From: an uncultured delta proteobacterium
GTDB lineage: Bacteria; Desulfobacterota; Desulfomonilia; Desulfomonilales; Desulfomonilaceae
Length of the DNA stretch: 64,000 nt
NCBI GenBank assembly: GCA_963700305.1
Contig: CAVOXB010000027.1
Coordinates: 320,358-384,357, forward strand
Direction: 5' to 3'
Part shown: positions 48,581 to 58,049 of the stretch, in pieces
How the letters are laid out: every line of letters starts with the position of its first letter
How positions within the stretch are numbered: the stretch's first letter is position 1
Notes under the pieces: generated by a model
What the model saw: the letters and a program-made list of their open reading frames with translations, nothing else
Told to the model about the DNA's origin: nothing
Databases searched by the model: none
Made by a program: the position numbers and the translations under genes

Positions 48581-49456
48581 TCAACCCTCAACGATCTTCA
48601 GAAGACCGGAAGGCTTAACACGATTGAGTTTGAATCCCAGTTGCTCTGAAGTCAGGCCTAACGCCAGACCCAGGATCTGCGGATAGTAGACTACAGGAAC
48701 TTTTAGATCAAGACCGGCACTCTTGGCTATCTTTTTTTGCTGACCCTCGTACATCACGTTGCAAAATGGACAGACAAGGACCAATGCATGAGCCCCGGTT
48801 GCCGCCACATCCTTGAGCTTCGTAGCCGCCAAGGCATTGGCAGTTATTTCGGAAGTTCCGAGAACTCCCCCTCCGCAACAGTCCTGAAGCGACGGATACT
48901 TCGCGACACTAGCTCCGGTAGCTTCGATGAGTCCCGCTAGCGTCCTAGGCATGTGCGGCGAGTCAAAGCCTGCAGTGAGCTCGGAAGGCTTGAGATAATG
49001 ACAACCGTAATGTGGAGCTAGCAACACATCAGTCAACGGTCGAACAACAGCGCTTCTGATTGCCTCCACCCCGATCTCTTCCCACAGTAGCCTCATATAA
49101 TTGCGAACCCGCACGGGGCCTTCGTAGCGCAGCCCTACTTTTTCCAGCCGCTCGTTTACTTTGGCTTTTAGATCCGGGTCAGAGTCAAGCATATGCGCGG
49201 TTTCAGTAAGGGTTCCCGCACACGCATTGCACAGCGCGCATATTTCTAAACCTTCTCGGTCGGCAAGCGCAAGATTGCGCGTGGCCGTGGTGATCGTGTC
49301 GAAAACGTCAAGCGACTTCAGCGGAAATCCGCAGCAGCCGAACGACTCATGATCACGAAAAGAGATCCCAAGCCTCTCAGCGGTCAGCCGAGCCGACACT
49401 TCATAATTCAGATTGCGGACCGGAACAGTGCACCCAAGGTACAAAAGCGCTTTCAT
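48581..49456 (-). CDS. hdrB: Heterodisulfide reductase subunit B-like protein (two CCG domains)
   Basis: N- and C-terminal Cys-rich CCG motifs (CTVP...CCGF, CPFC...CCGG). Confidence 0.75.
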   Translation of the reverse strand: MKALLYLGCTVPVRNLNYEVSARLTAERLGISFRDHESFGCCGFPLKSLDVFDTITTATRNLALADREGLEICALCNACAGTLTETAHMLDSDPDLKAKVNERLEKVGLRYEGPVRVRNYMRLLWEEIGVEAIRSAVVRPLTDVLLAPHYGCHYLKPSELTAGFDSPHMPRTLAGLIEATGASVAKYPSLQDCCGGGVLGTSEITANALAATKLKDVAATGAHALVLVCPFCNVMYEGQQKKIAKSAGLDLKVPVVYYPQILGLALGLTSEQLGFKLNRVKPSGLLKIVEG

Positions 49457-49550
49457 GAAATTTTTCTCTTAGCTCCTCGTTTCTGGGTTCCAGCCTGGGG
49501 CATACATAGATTCGTTTCATAATCGCCGACAGGACAAACTATAAAAATGA

Positions 49551-50015
49551 TCACAACAGGCCCGCGTAATCTTCCGGATGCTCGACAATCCGAGGCAGAC
49601 CCAGTTTTTCTCGTTTCTCGTTTTCGAAATCAGTGACCTCGTACAAACGGCCGTGCTCTTTGAGCAGATTCCTTTGGGCAGTCAAACCCGGAGGAATGCA
49701 TGCCTCCGCTACAGCAAGATTTTTCAGGGCGAACATGACTTCAGTGAATCGCACGTTTTGAGGACACACCTCATGGCAACCATAGCAGGACGAACACAGC
49801 CAGAGGAAGTCGCTTTCCAGCACTTCTTTCTCCATTCCCAGCAGGATCATCCTAATGATTTTGCGCGGATCGTATCGCTTGTCCACCGCTTCGACCTGGC
49901 ACGCTGAAGTGCACGCTTTACAACCGAAACAAGCTCGAATGCCTTCCCCGCCCGGTTGTTGTGCCACACGGTCTTTGAAGCAAGGGTTGAAATCATTTAT
50001 TTTCTTGCGGCTCAT
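49551..50015 (-). CDS. hdrC: Heterodisulfide reductase subunit C-like 2x[4Fe-4S] protein
   Basis: CFGCKACTSAC ... CSSCYGCHEVCP, two ferredoxin-type CxxCxxCxxxC(P) motifs. Confidence 0.75.
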   Translation of the reverse strand: MSRKKINDFNPCFKDRVAQQPGGEGIRACFGCKACTSACQVEAVDKRYDPRKIIRMILLGMEKEVLESDFLWLCSSCYGCHEVCPQNVRFTEVMFALKNLAVAEACIPPGLTAQRNLLKEHGRLYEVTDFENEKREKLGLPRIVEHPEDYAGLL

Positions 50016-50037
50016 GGGGAACTCCGGCGAGGCTAGA

Positions 50038-51642
50038 TCAAGTTGTCCTTGCCCCGGAATCGATAAATTTAAGGGCGTCCATTCTCTTCAATGCAGTCAG
50101 AAGAGCGTCGGGTGTATTCCCAGCCAACGGGACGAACATCACTTGCTCGGCGTTTATCCCGCTTTGTGCAAGCAATGCTGCCGCATGGCGAGTTTTTTCT
50201 TCAGCCAAAGACGTGCCGTAAACCGAGGCACAGTTGCCCTTGAAGCAGCCGGTCACTATCACACCCTTTGCCCCTTCCCGAAAAGCGGCAAGGATGTGAG
50301 CTACATCCACGGTCCCCGCGCACGGCATCTCTATGAGCACGGCGGAATCATGGATTTGATCGGCAATGTAACTTGCGGCCTGTGCACCGGAATGAGAGCA
50401 CACAAGAATAACCGTTTTCTTACCTGCGTGGCCTTGAAATTCTGCTCTTATTCGTTGAGAGATCTCTTGATCCTCGGAAGAATGCTCAAGCTTGATGGCA
50501 GACATCGGGCACGCTGTCGCGCAAATCCCGCAACGCATACAAGAGCCAGGATCTGCGAAAGCGTATCGTGTGAATCCCATTGCTCCATGAGGACACAATC
50601 GAACACATGTCAGGCAAATCGCACATTTGTCGGGGTCAATCTTTGGAGGTCCAGGAGCCTTTGCGTTCGAGCCGGGGACTTCCAAGCTCTTGAGATAAGA
50701 CGGAATGACCTCAATATCTGAATCCACCAACTCCGGAGAAAAAATCCCTCGAGAAGCCCCCACGGCCAGGATTCCTGCCTTGGGTGTTTCAACGGAAGAG
50801 AATCGCGGCGACTCCGGCTGCAAGTAGGGGATGCAAGCAGGAGATGATGGCAACGCGGCCCAAAGAGGCTCCAGACCCTGTGGAGGCAAGAAGTCTTCAT
50901 CCACCACAACCAGGTCAGGGGTCAGTTCCATTTCCAGGCCCAATAGAGGTTCCCTGAATATCATCGTGAGGCCGTCTGAAGCTTGCTCAAAAACCGGACC
51001 TTCACCGTCGAATTTGAAAAACAGGGTCCCGTTTTCCCTGCATTCTCGATAACGTCTTTCCAGACCGTCCGCTGCTACTTTGAGATTCCGCGTAAATACG
51101 TGACACTGAATCTGGTCTGCACTTCGGAGTTTCTCGATTGCGGCCAAGATTCTGGCAAACGTCGGGGGATCGGATTCTCCCTCCAATCCGAAGAGAAAAG
51201 CCGCATGAAACCAATCCCATCGAGATTCTGGCAGCGGTTCACCGGCTTGGAGCTTCAGTTCCAGCTCTGATAACGAAATAACCCGACTATCGGCCTGAAT
51301 TCCGTACGCTTCAAATTTCGGCTTCACACGTGGAGGTTGAGCCGCAATGATGGCTCCGACCCGTTCTCTACGGCGACCAGAAGGTGTGCGCAAGACTATC
51401 TGAAAGTCACCGGCGAAGCCCTGGATTTCGTCCAGCGTAGCGTCCGGAATGACTCTGATATTGCTGTCAGACGCGTTGTTTTCGACTTCTCCGACGAGCA
51501 GGATCTTGAATTGATGTTCCGAAAGCCTGCAGGCCAGTTGAAAACCCGTACGATCACCACCGAGCACCAGCACGCAGCGGAAATCCCGCTCTCCAGGCTC
51601 GTTCCCGGTGAGGAAAACAGAATCACATGCCACCGTTTTCAC
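50038..51642 (-). CDS. HdrA-related protein (degenerate nucleotide-binding region, 2x[4Fe-4S] ferredoxin domain) fused to a C-terminal MvhD/FlpD-like domain
   Basis: CAICLTCVRLCPHGAM...CMRCGICATACPMSAI (dicluster ferredoxin). MvhD-like C-terminus: VILVCSHSG...EMPCAGTVDVAHILAAFREGAKGVIVTGCFKGNCASVYG. Confidence 0.65.
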   Translation of the reverse strand: MKTVACDSVFLTGNEPGERDFRCVLVLGGDRTGFQLACRLSEHQFKILLVGEVENNASDSNIRVIPDATLDEIQGFAGDFQIVLRTPSGRRRERVGAIIAAQPPRVKPKFEAYGIQADSRVISLSELELKLQAGEPLPESRWDWFHAAFLFGLEGESDPPTFARILAAIEKLRSADQIQCHVFTRNLKVAADGLERRYRECRENGTLFFKFDGEGPVFEQASDGLTMIFREPLLGLEMELTPDLVVVDEDFLPPQGLEPLWAALPSSPACIPYLQPESPRFSSVETPKAGILAVGASRGIFSPELVDSDIEVIPSYLKSLEVPGSNAKAPGPPKIDPDKCAICLTCVRLCPHGAMGFTRYAFADPGSCMRCGICATACPMSAIKLEHSSEDQEISQRIRAEFQGHAGKKTVILVCSHSGAQAASYIADQIHDSAVLIEMPCAGTVDVAHILAAFREGAKGVIVTGCFKGNCASVYGTSLAEEKTRHAAALLAQSGINAEQVMFVPLAGNTPDALLTALKRMDALKFIDSGARTT

Positions 51643-52672
51643 TTGTCCTCCCCGGTTTGGATTTTTCTATATAGGAAGCTACTTCGCCAGCGGTCCGGAT
51701 TGCATCGAACATGCTTTCCTCTATGGAGCGAGGTCCTTTGGCCGCTCCGGTAACAAACAGTCCGCTGCGTTTCGAGCCAGCTGCCAAAACATCTGGGCCC
51801 AGAAATCCGTCAGCACCGACATTAAGGCCCAAGAGATCTGCCAGTTGCGCCGAAGACTCACCCGCAGCGATGCCTACGCTCAATACCACCAGATCATAAG
51901 CCTCGAAAACTCTCTCATCTGTCGGTCCGTGATAAACCAGCTCCGGCCGACCATCCGAATCCTCACGAATCTGAGACGGAATCGCCCTCACGAGCCTCAT
52001 TTCTTTCTGAGCGGCTAGAAGGCGGGAATCGAAATCGCGGTCAAAAGATTGTATGTCCATGTAGAAAATAGATGCTTCTAATTCCGGAAAACGGTTTCGC
52101 AACAATCGGCCTAGTCTCAGTGCGTAAGCACAACACACTCTAGAGCAATAATTAGCCCCAATTTTGGGATCACGACTGCCTACGCATTGTATGAAGGCCA
52201 CCCTTTTGATGCCTTGACCCAAAGAGTTTGCTCTGAGACGGTATTCCAGCTCCAGTGAAGTGATTACGCCCGGAATACGGCCGCAACCAAACTGGGGTTT
52301 CATCTGAGGGTTGAACGTTGTAAAGCCGGAAGCAATTACAAGCGCTGATGCGTGAACCTGAGTTTGATCAGTGCTACCGATCTTAGAGAGATTGAGCTGC
52401 CACCCGTCCTGTGTCATATGAGCTTCGGAAAGCGAGGAGTTCGTCATCGTGAAAACTCTTTTCGAGTTCTTCGCCTTTTGAAGCGTCTCTTCCCACAAGC
52501 ACGCTCCACAGCGCTGACATTGATCCGTTGCTTTACAACAGAGTCCGGCAGCGTGACCACCCAAGATTTCCTCTTTTTCCAACACGAGTGAGTCAAACCC
52601 TAGACGCGCCAATTCTGCAGCGCACGAAAGCCCGCCGATACCGCCGCCAATAATAACTGCGTCTCGTCTCAT
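51623..52672 (-). CDS. hdrA: Short HdrA-like FAD-dependent oxidoreductase (FAD domain only, 349 aa)
   Basis: VIIGGGIGGLSCAAELARLGFDSLVLEKEEILGGHAAG (FAD GxGxxG). HdrA hallmarks FIQCVGSRD, YCSRVCC, IFYMDIQSFDRDFD, DLVVLSVGIAAGE are present. The N-terminal Fe-S and C-terminal ferredoxin domains of canonical HdrA are absent. Confidence 0.7.
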   Translation of the reverse strand: MRRDAVIIGGGIGGLSCAAELARLGFDSLVLEKEEILGGHAAGLCCKATDQCQRCGACLWEETLQKAKNSKRVFTMTNSSLSEAHMTQDGWQLNLSKIGSTDQTQVHASALVIASGFTTFNPQMKPQFGCGRIPGVITSLELEYRLRANSLGQGIKRVAFIQCVGSRDPKIGANYCSRVCCAYALRLGRLLRNRFPELEASIFYMDIQSFDRDFDSRLLAAQKEMRLVRAIPSQIREDSDGRPELVYHGPTDERVFEAYDLVVLSVGIAAGESSAQLADLLGLNVGADGFLGPDVLAAGSKRSGLFVTGAAKGPRSIEESMFDAIRTAGEVASYIEKSKPGRTSENGGM

Positions 52673-52850
52673 AAAATTGTCCCATAATTCGGCATTATGA
52701 ACATTTTTAATCCAGAGCTTGGGAGGCTGAAAATCTCGAAGGAAAGCCCGATGCAGACAAAAAAAACGGAATCAGGTATTCCTGGTTCATCTCTTCATCA
52801 AACGGCATGTCGCAGTGTAAAAGAAATGACTGTCGATCAGCCTCTGCAGC

Positions 52851-53528
52851 TCAACCCGAGGGAAACCTCTTCTGAAATTCCGGACGAACCACTTTGCCCG
52901 GATGTGAGCTTCTATCATAGCTCCTGGGCGGCACTATTTCCATAAGAATATCGAGCCGCGATTGCTTTTCCAGCCTTTTGATGATTTGAACCCAGGCACA
53001 ATCTCTTTCCGAGTCAGTCTCACATTTTCCGTTAGTGGGGCCTCCACAAGGGCCGTTCAGGAGACTTTTCGCGCACATGGTCACCGGACAGATTCCGCCC
53101 GTGATTCCTAGATAACATTGATTGCACGATCTACAGCGCTCAGTCCACACCCCCGCGTCTTCGGCTACTCCTATGAAGCTGGTATCAACTCCGGGGAAAA
53201 CAGGAGTCTCCGGGTACGCTTGCGCAAGAAATTGTATGCCTGCACCGCAGGCAAGAGATACGACAGCGTCTACTCGGGACACACGATCTCTGAGAAGATA
53301 CAAAAACTCTCTGTCACACTGGCGCTCAACAGTGGCTGCAGACACTTGCATGTCTTTGCCTTCGACTGAGGCTGCAAGTTTTAGCTGAGTAGCCAGAAGA
53401 CCTGCTTCCTTTTCACCACCGGCAAGGCACACAGCGACGCACGTGCCGCAACCCACGACGAGAATTCTCGAGTAATTATTTATCAGGGCTTTGATTTCAG
53501 AAAATGGCTTGGGTTGGGCGACTATCAC
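52851..53528 (-). CDS. Protein with an MTHFR C-terminal-like zinc-ribbon domain (MetV-like)
   Basis: CRSCNQCYLGITGGICPVTMCAKSLLNGPCGG is the MetV/MTHFR_C signature. Confidence 0.55.
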   Translation of the reverse strand: MIVAQPKPFSEIKALINNYSRILVVGCGTCVAVCLAGGEKEAGLLATQLKLAASVEGKDMQVSAATVERQCDREFLYLLRDRVSRVDAVVSLACGAGIQFLAQAYPETPVFPGVDTSFIGVAEDAGVWTERCRSCNQCYLGITGGICPVTMCAKSLLNGPCGGPTNGKCETDSERDCAWVQIIKRLEKQSRLDILMEIVPPRSYDRSSHPGKVVRPEFQKRFPSG

Positions 53529-53640
53529 TCGTACCTCCGTTTCCGGGACTCCGCCACTTCAAAGGATACTGGATGGAAGCGAGAACTGTCAAGGATGGCA
53601 GGTGACATTCACTCGACCTTGTACAGAAAGCACTTTGTGG

Positions 53641-53707
53641 GGCGGGCTTTCCAGCCTGCCTGCTCTAAAGAGCCAATGATGGCAGGCTGGAAAGCCTGCC
53701 CCACGGC
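53641..53707. repeat. Repeat family 2 paired unit (GGCGGGCTTTCCAGCCTGCC - 18-nt spacer - GGCAGGCTGGAAAGCCTGCCCCAC)
   Basis: Near-identical architecture to 45565-45632. Confidence 0.55.
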
Positions 53708-53789
53708 TTGCTCACATCCTCCAACTGCGTTCATCGGTTGCCCCAGGCTAAAGAAAATATAAGTTTCCCTCGAAATCGGCAAAAGTGGA

Positions 53790-54785
53790 TCAAGGAATTA
53801 AAACAGCTCCCGCCGTCAATTCACTATGCTTCATCATGGCAAGGACTTCGTTAGCTTCATACATAGGAAATTCATTTACTACAGTTCTAATCGGTATTTC
53901 AGCTGCTATTTTAAGTAGTTCCGCCGCATCTCGGCGAGTAGTGTTCGCTACACTGCGTATGGTGCGTTCCCAGTAGAGCAAGCCGTAGTCCATTTCAGGA
54001 ATCGCTGTCATCGTGATGCCTGCAAGAACCAAAGTCCCTCCCTTATCCAGAGCCTCCAGAGCGACCGGCACCAACGAGCCCGCAGGAGCAAAAATGATGG
54101 ACGCGTCCAGCGGTTCAGGAGGCTTTTGATCAGCAGTGCCCACCCATGCTGCTCCCAATTCACGCGCCAATTTCTGATGTTTAGAACTTCTGGTAAAAAC
54201 GTGAACGCGGCAGCCCATTTTTACTGCGACTTGAATCACTACATGAGCCGAATTTCCGAATCCGTACATTCCGAGCCTGCCGCCTGGCTTGACGTCACTC
54301 AACCTGAGGGCTCGGTAACCGATGACCCCGCCGCACATCAAAGGAGTTGCCTCCGCATCGGAAAAGACAGACGGAACTGCAAATGCAGATTCTTGCGGAA
54401 TCACAATGAATTCTGCATACCCGCCGTCCGCGTTATAACCAGTGAATTTGGCGCTGCTGCAGAGGTTCTCTCTATCCTCAGAACAAAACCTGCATGAACC
54501 GCAACTGGAGAAAAACCAAGTGACTCCCACTCTGTGTCCTTTGCGGTACAAATCAGCACCAGTACCCGTTTTCTCTACAACTCCCACAACCTGGTGGCCG
54601 GGAATCACAGGGAGCTTTCTGAGTTCCAGATCTCCTTCCACTGTATGTAGATCAGTGTGACAGACTCCGCAGGCCGACACCCTGATTAGGATTTGCCCGG
54701 GGCCGGGCGCTGGCAAAGGCAATTCCCTTAACCTAAGTGGCTTTTGCTCTATTGGCGCAGTATGTTCGAGTAACATCGCTTTCAT
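53790..54785 (-). CDS. Zinc-dependent alcohol dehydrogenase (MDR family)
   Basis: GVCHTDLH (catalytic Zn), structural Zn Cys cluster (CGSCRFCSEDRENLC), GxGxxG (GMYGFGNSA). Confidence 0.8.
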   Translation of the reverse strand: MKAMLLEHTAPIEQKPLRLRELPLPAPGPGQILIRVSACGVCHTDLHTVEGDLELRKLPVIPGHQVVGVVEKTGTGADLYRKGHRVGVTWFFSSCGSCRFCSEDRENLCSSAKFTGYNADGGYAEFIVIPQESAFAVPSVFSDAEATPLMCGGVIGYRALRLSDVKPGGRLGMYGFGNSAHVVIQVAVKMGCRVHVFTRSSKHQKLARELGAAWVGTADQKPPEPLDASIIFAPAGSLVPVALEALDKGGTLVLAGITMTAIPEMDYGLLYWERTIRSVANTTRRDAAELLKIAAEIPIRTVVNEFPMYEANEVLAMMKHSELTAGAVLIP

Positions 54786-54859
54786 GAATTACTCCTGAAG
54801 CCGAGTTGCAGATTGAATTATAGCGGGTGACAAAATTTTGGCGGATTGGTGGCGGCTAC

Positions 54860-54978
54860 TTCCCGTCATTCCTGCGGAAGCAGGAATCCAGGATCTGGGC
54901 CCCGGATCAAGTCCGGGGCGACGGCGTCACTCTCGTAAATCGGACAAGACTTTTGGCAACTGCCATAACCTGCTCGGA
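54860..54978. repeat. Repeat family 1, copy B (CGTCATTCCTGCGGAAGCAGGAATCCAG...CCCCGGATCAAGTCCGGGG...AAATCGGACAAGACTTTTGGCAACTG)
   Basis: Shares both the TIR hairpin module and the internal module with copy A. Confidence 0.55.
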
Positions 54979-55019
54979 TCAACTATTCACATGGCTTTGG
55001 GTCTGATTCGGGATGCTTG

Positions 55020-56984
55020 CTATTTTACGACGTCTGTCGACAACGTACTCTTGTCAGTAAAAGTCAGAGTAACCGTAAGTCTTGCATTGGGATCAGACAG
55101 CAATCCGTTATCCGCCGCATATAAATGAAGGGTCTTCCTACCGGAGAGGGGTAACTGCATGGGGCTTGGTTTCGTGTTAACCAGTTTATATATTTCTGGG
55201 TAGACTGCCACGCCGAGAAACATTACGGGAGCCTTGGGGTCGCTGGACCATCTCATTGTTCCATCGGAACCGCTGATGTCCACGCGGGCCAATTTCTTGT
55301 CGTCAACCTGGAGCCTCGTGATGAATGTCCCGTCAAGATAGCCGTCTTTTCCGGGTCTGGTTGATGTGTTCACCAGGTCAGCTACGAAGCCCCTGAATTC
55401 AGAAGTCACAACACCTTTCGCCTTGGGAGATTCATCTGTGCCCGGCACCACGCTGGAAGTGGATGCCGGCTTGAGAAATAACTGCTGGTAAGAGGACCCA
55501 TCCGCAAGATGGACGATCATCCGGAATTGCTGAGTAGAGGTTGTCACGTCTCCAGAATCAGCAGCATATATATTGAACTGGACCCGATTATCTACAGGTA
55601 TTCTAATGGTTCCGTCAGGTTTGTTTAGCAGGGCTGTCGGCGCGGAACGATAAGCCGCGGCCAGACCCCAGGCTTTGGAGTTCGGTTGAGTGCTCCATTT
55701 CCTAGAGGTTCCGCTCGCTGTTTCTATCTCGATCCCTGTGATCTCATTCTTTGGGATGATTTCTATGTCCAAGCTGAAGACAGCGTCCGCAACACCATCC
55801 GGCTTTATGCCTGGATAAGGCCCAACTGCATCTGTAGTGACAAATCCTAGCCAGCTCGGCTGAAAATTGACTTTCTTCGAAGCGCCGGCCGGGACCTCCT
55901 CCTTCGACTCCTGCGGAGATGCCGAGGCTTTTTGCACCGGACACCAGGATACCCCTCCATCACTGAACGTCACAGAAACCCTGTAATTGGTTTTTCCGCC
56001 TTCAATGCTGCCGTTGTCAGCGACGTACAAGTTAAGCTCGACCCGGTCCTGCACGCTAATCCTTACTGTACCGTCGCGGCTGTTCAACAGCTTGACCGGG
56101 TCTGACGCCAACGCTACGCCAAGGGCCCCGTTCGGGCTGCTCGCAATGCTATCCCAGGCGGATTTAACCCCATCCGTGTTTCTGATCTCTACTCCAGTTA
56201 TTTCCTTGTCTTTGGCTTCCATTGTCAGGACAAATAGTCCGTCGGCCTTATCGTCACCTGCTATGTTTTTTCCGGGATTGACAGCGTCGTAGTTGGAGAC
56301 TCCTTTTAACACAGCGGACATTCGGACAGGATAAGCTGCTTGTTGCGCAGGGGCCTCTTCCGCTGGCCCCGCTTCAATTTTCACGGGCAAAGCCCAAGAC
56401 GTCCCGTCTGCCGCTATGACTTTGACCTGATATTTGCGATTTTTGTTGGCAAAATGCCCGTCATCTGTCGCCATGAGCAAGAGATAAGGATCATCCTGAG
56501 GATTAATGCGTACTTGTGCAGGTTGGCTGTTTATGATTTGTGACGGGGTTTTGGCTTTTGCCACGCCAAGGTAGGCTTCCGGTGCGGTTTTGGCTGAACT
56601 CCACACTCCAGGAGGTCCTGAAAGCGTACGGATTTCAATTTCGGAAATGGTTTGTTCGCCCGGACTGGACTTGAGGCTGAGCGTAAACACCGCGTCGGGT
56701 TTGCCATCGGGCTGGGCCTGGTTCTTGCCAACGCGGTCTGTCTTCTTGACTCCAACGAAAACTGCTTCGCCTCTGGGCTGACTCTGGGCAAAGATCAGTC
56801 CTGCAAGGGACAGAAGCGCCCCCGTGAGGAGGAGTCGAAAAAACAGCTTGAAAAATGAGGATTTAATAACCAGCCGGAGCCTCCCCTCAACTGGAAAACC
56901 AGAAGCCGCAAAATTCATCCATAATTGGCAATCTAGTTGACAACATTTCGGAATGTCAACTAAAAATTCCCGTCCTAGAAACAA
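55020..56984 (-). CDS. Secreted protein composed of four tandem ~110-aa repeats of an unrecognised domain
   Basis: Signal peptide present. Repeated blocks resemble G(K/D)xDAVF(T/S)L...EI(T/S)(G/E)IEI....G...W...............LLN...DG(T)IRI.V.....L.(L)YAAD.G. Confidence 0.55.
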   Translation of the reverse strand: MFLGREFLVDIPKCCQLDCQLWMNFAASGFPVEGRLRLVIKSSFFKLFFRLLLTGALLSLAGLIFAQSQPRGEAVFVGVKKTDRVGKNQAQPDGKPDAVFTLSLKSSPGEQTISEIEIRTLSGPPGVWSSAKTAPEAYLGVAKAKTPSQIINSQPAQVRINPQDDPYLLLMATDDGHFANKNRKYQVKVIAADGTSWALPVKIEAGPAEEAPAQQAAYPVRMSAVLKGVSNYDAVNPGKNIAGDDKADGLFVLTMEAKDKEITGVEIRNTDGVKSAWDSIASSPNGALGVALASDPVKLLNSRDGTVRISVQDRVELNLYVADNGSIEGGKTNYRVSVTFSDGGVSWCPVQKASASPQESKEEVPAGASKKVNFQPSWLGFVTTDAVGPYPGIKPDGVADAVFSLDIEIIPKNEITGIEIETASGTSRKWSTQPNSKAWGLAAAYRSAPTALLNKPDGTIRIPVDNRVQFNIYAADSGDVTTSTQQFRMIVHLADGSSYQQLFLKPASTSSVVPGTDESPKAKGVVTSEFRGFVADLVNTSTRPGKDGYLDGTFITRLQVDDKKLARVDISGSDGTMRWSSDPKAPVMFLGVAVYPEIYKLVNTKPSPMQLPLSGRKTLHLYAADNGLLSDPNARLTVTLTFTDKSTLSTDVVK

Positions 56985-57033
56985 GCATTCAGTTGGAGTG
57001 CAATGAGCCTACCGAGAGATCTTGAGCCGTGCG

Positions 57034-57096
57034 TCAGTCTTTCCAGCCTGCTATTGTTGGCTTTTTTGGACAGGAAAGCTGGAAAGACTGCCCCAC
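57034..57096. repeat. Repeat family 2, degenerate paired unit (CAGTCTTTCCAGCCTGC ... GGAAAGCTGGAAAGACTGCCCCAC)
   Basis: Similarity to 53641-53707. Confidence 0.4.
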
Positions 57097-57203
57097 AAAA
57101 GATCTTCCGACACTGATCGCAGCTGTTTGGTTTAACTTTGACATGGCGGCTTCACAGATCTTACAATCATTCCCCATTACTTTGTCCATGCGGGAGGCTT
57201 GAC

Positions 57204-57989
57204 GTGATAAAAATCGGCATGATCGGAGGGTCGGGCTTCGACGATCCTGATTTTCTAACGGACGTGAAGTTGATAAAAAAGGGGACGCCGTTCGGCTCTA
57301 TTTCGCATGATCTAATGATCGGAAAGGCCGGCGAAACGGAAGTGTTCATTCTCCTCCGGCACGGAAAAGGGCACAGGATAATGCCTTCGGCGGTGAACTA
57401 CAGAGCGAACATCTGGGCGCTCAAAGAGATTGGGGTAACCCACATTATTGCGACGAGCGCGTGCGGGTCTCTGCGAGAAGAAATCGAACCCGGACACCTG
57501 GTGTTCCCAGATCAGTTCATTGACCGCACCACCTCCCGCAAGAGCACGTTCTACGAAGGCGATCAGGTAGTTCACATTTCCGTTGCCGATCCATTTTGCG
57601 AGAGACTACGGAAAATTCTCAACGACACTGCAAAGTCCGAAGGAGTAGCTCACCACGAGAAGGGCACGGTCGTCACTATAGAAGGCCCGAGGTTCTCCAC
57701 ACGCGCGGAAAGCCGCATGTTTCGCATGTGGGGTGGGGACATAATCAACATGTCCACCGTCCCGGAGGCTGTGCTTGCCAGGGAAGCCGGCATCTGCTAC
57801 GCGGTAGCAGCCATGAGCACCGACTACGACTGCTGGCACCACAGCGAAGAGCCTGTTACCTGGGAAATGATAGTAGAGACCATGAATAAGAATGTGGAAA
57901 ACGTAAAAAGAATCTTTTTCCAGGCCCTTCCCCGCATAAACTACGAGGACTGCGAATGCAGGACTGCCATAGAAACCGCTGCAGTTTAA
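57204..57989 (+). CDS. mtnP: S-methyl-5'-thioadenosine phosphorylase
   Basis: GTG start with a GGGAGG RBS. IKIGMIGGSGFDDP...GVTHIIATSACGSL are MTAP signatures. Confidence 0.85.
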   Translation: MIKIGMIGGSGFDDPDFLTDVKLIKKGTPFGSISHDLMIGKAGETEVFILLRHGKGHRIMPSAVNYRANIWALKEIGVTHIIATSACGSLREEIEPGHLVFPDQFIDRTTSRKSTFYEGDQVVHISVADPFCERLRKILNDTAKSEGVAHHEKGTVVTIEGPRFSTRAESRMFRMWGGDIINMSTVPEAVLAREAGICYAVAAMSTDYDCWHHSEEPVTWEMIVETMNKNVENVKRIFFQALPRINYEDCECRTAIETAAV

Positions 57990-58049
57990 GTTGTGTTCAC
58001 TTTAAGTAAGGGCGCCTTAGAATGAGCCCAGAGAATTAAGGAGGGAGTC

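Noticed and set aside
51623-51642. hdrA (349 aa) and the MvhD-fusion gene considered as a single frameshifted canonical hdrA
   Set aside because: The 349-aa product already ends at the natural C-terminus of the FAD domain (..GAAKGPRSIEESMFDAIRTAGEVA). The downstream protein has its own degenerate nucleotide-binding N-terminus, so two genes is more parsimonious. It is still flagged for read verification.
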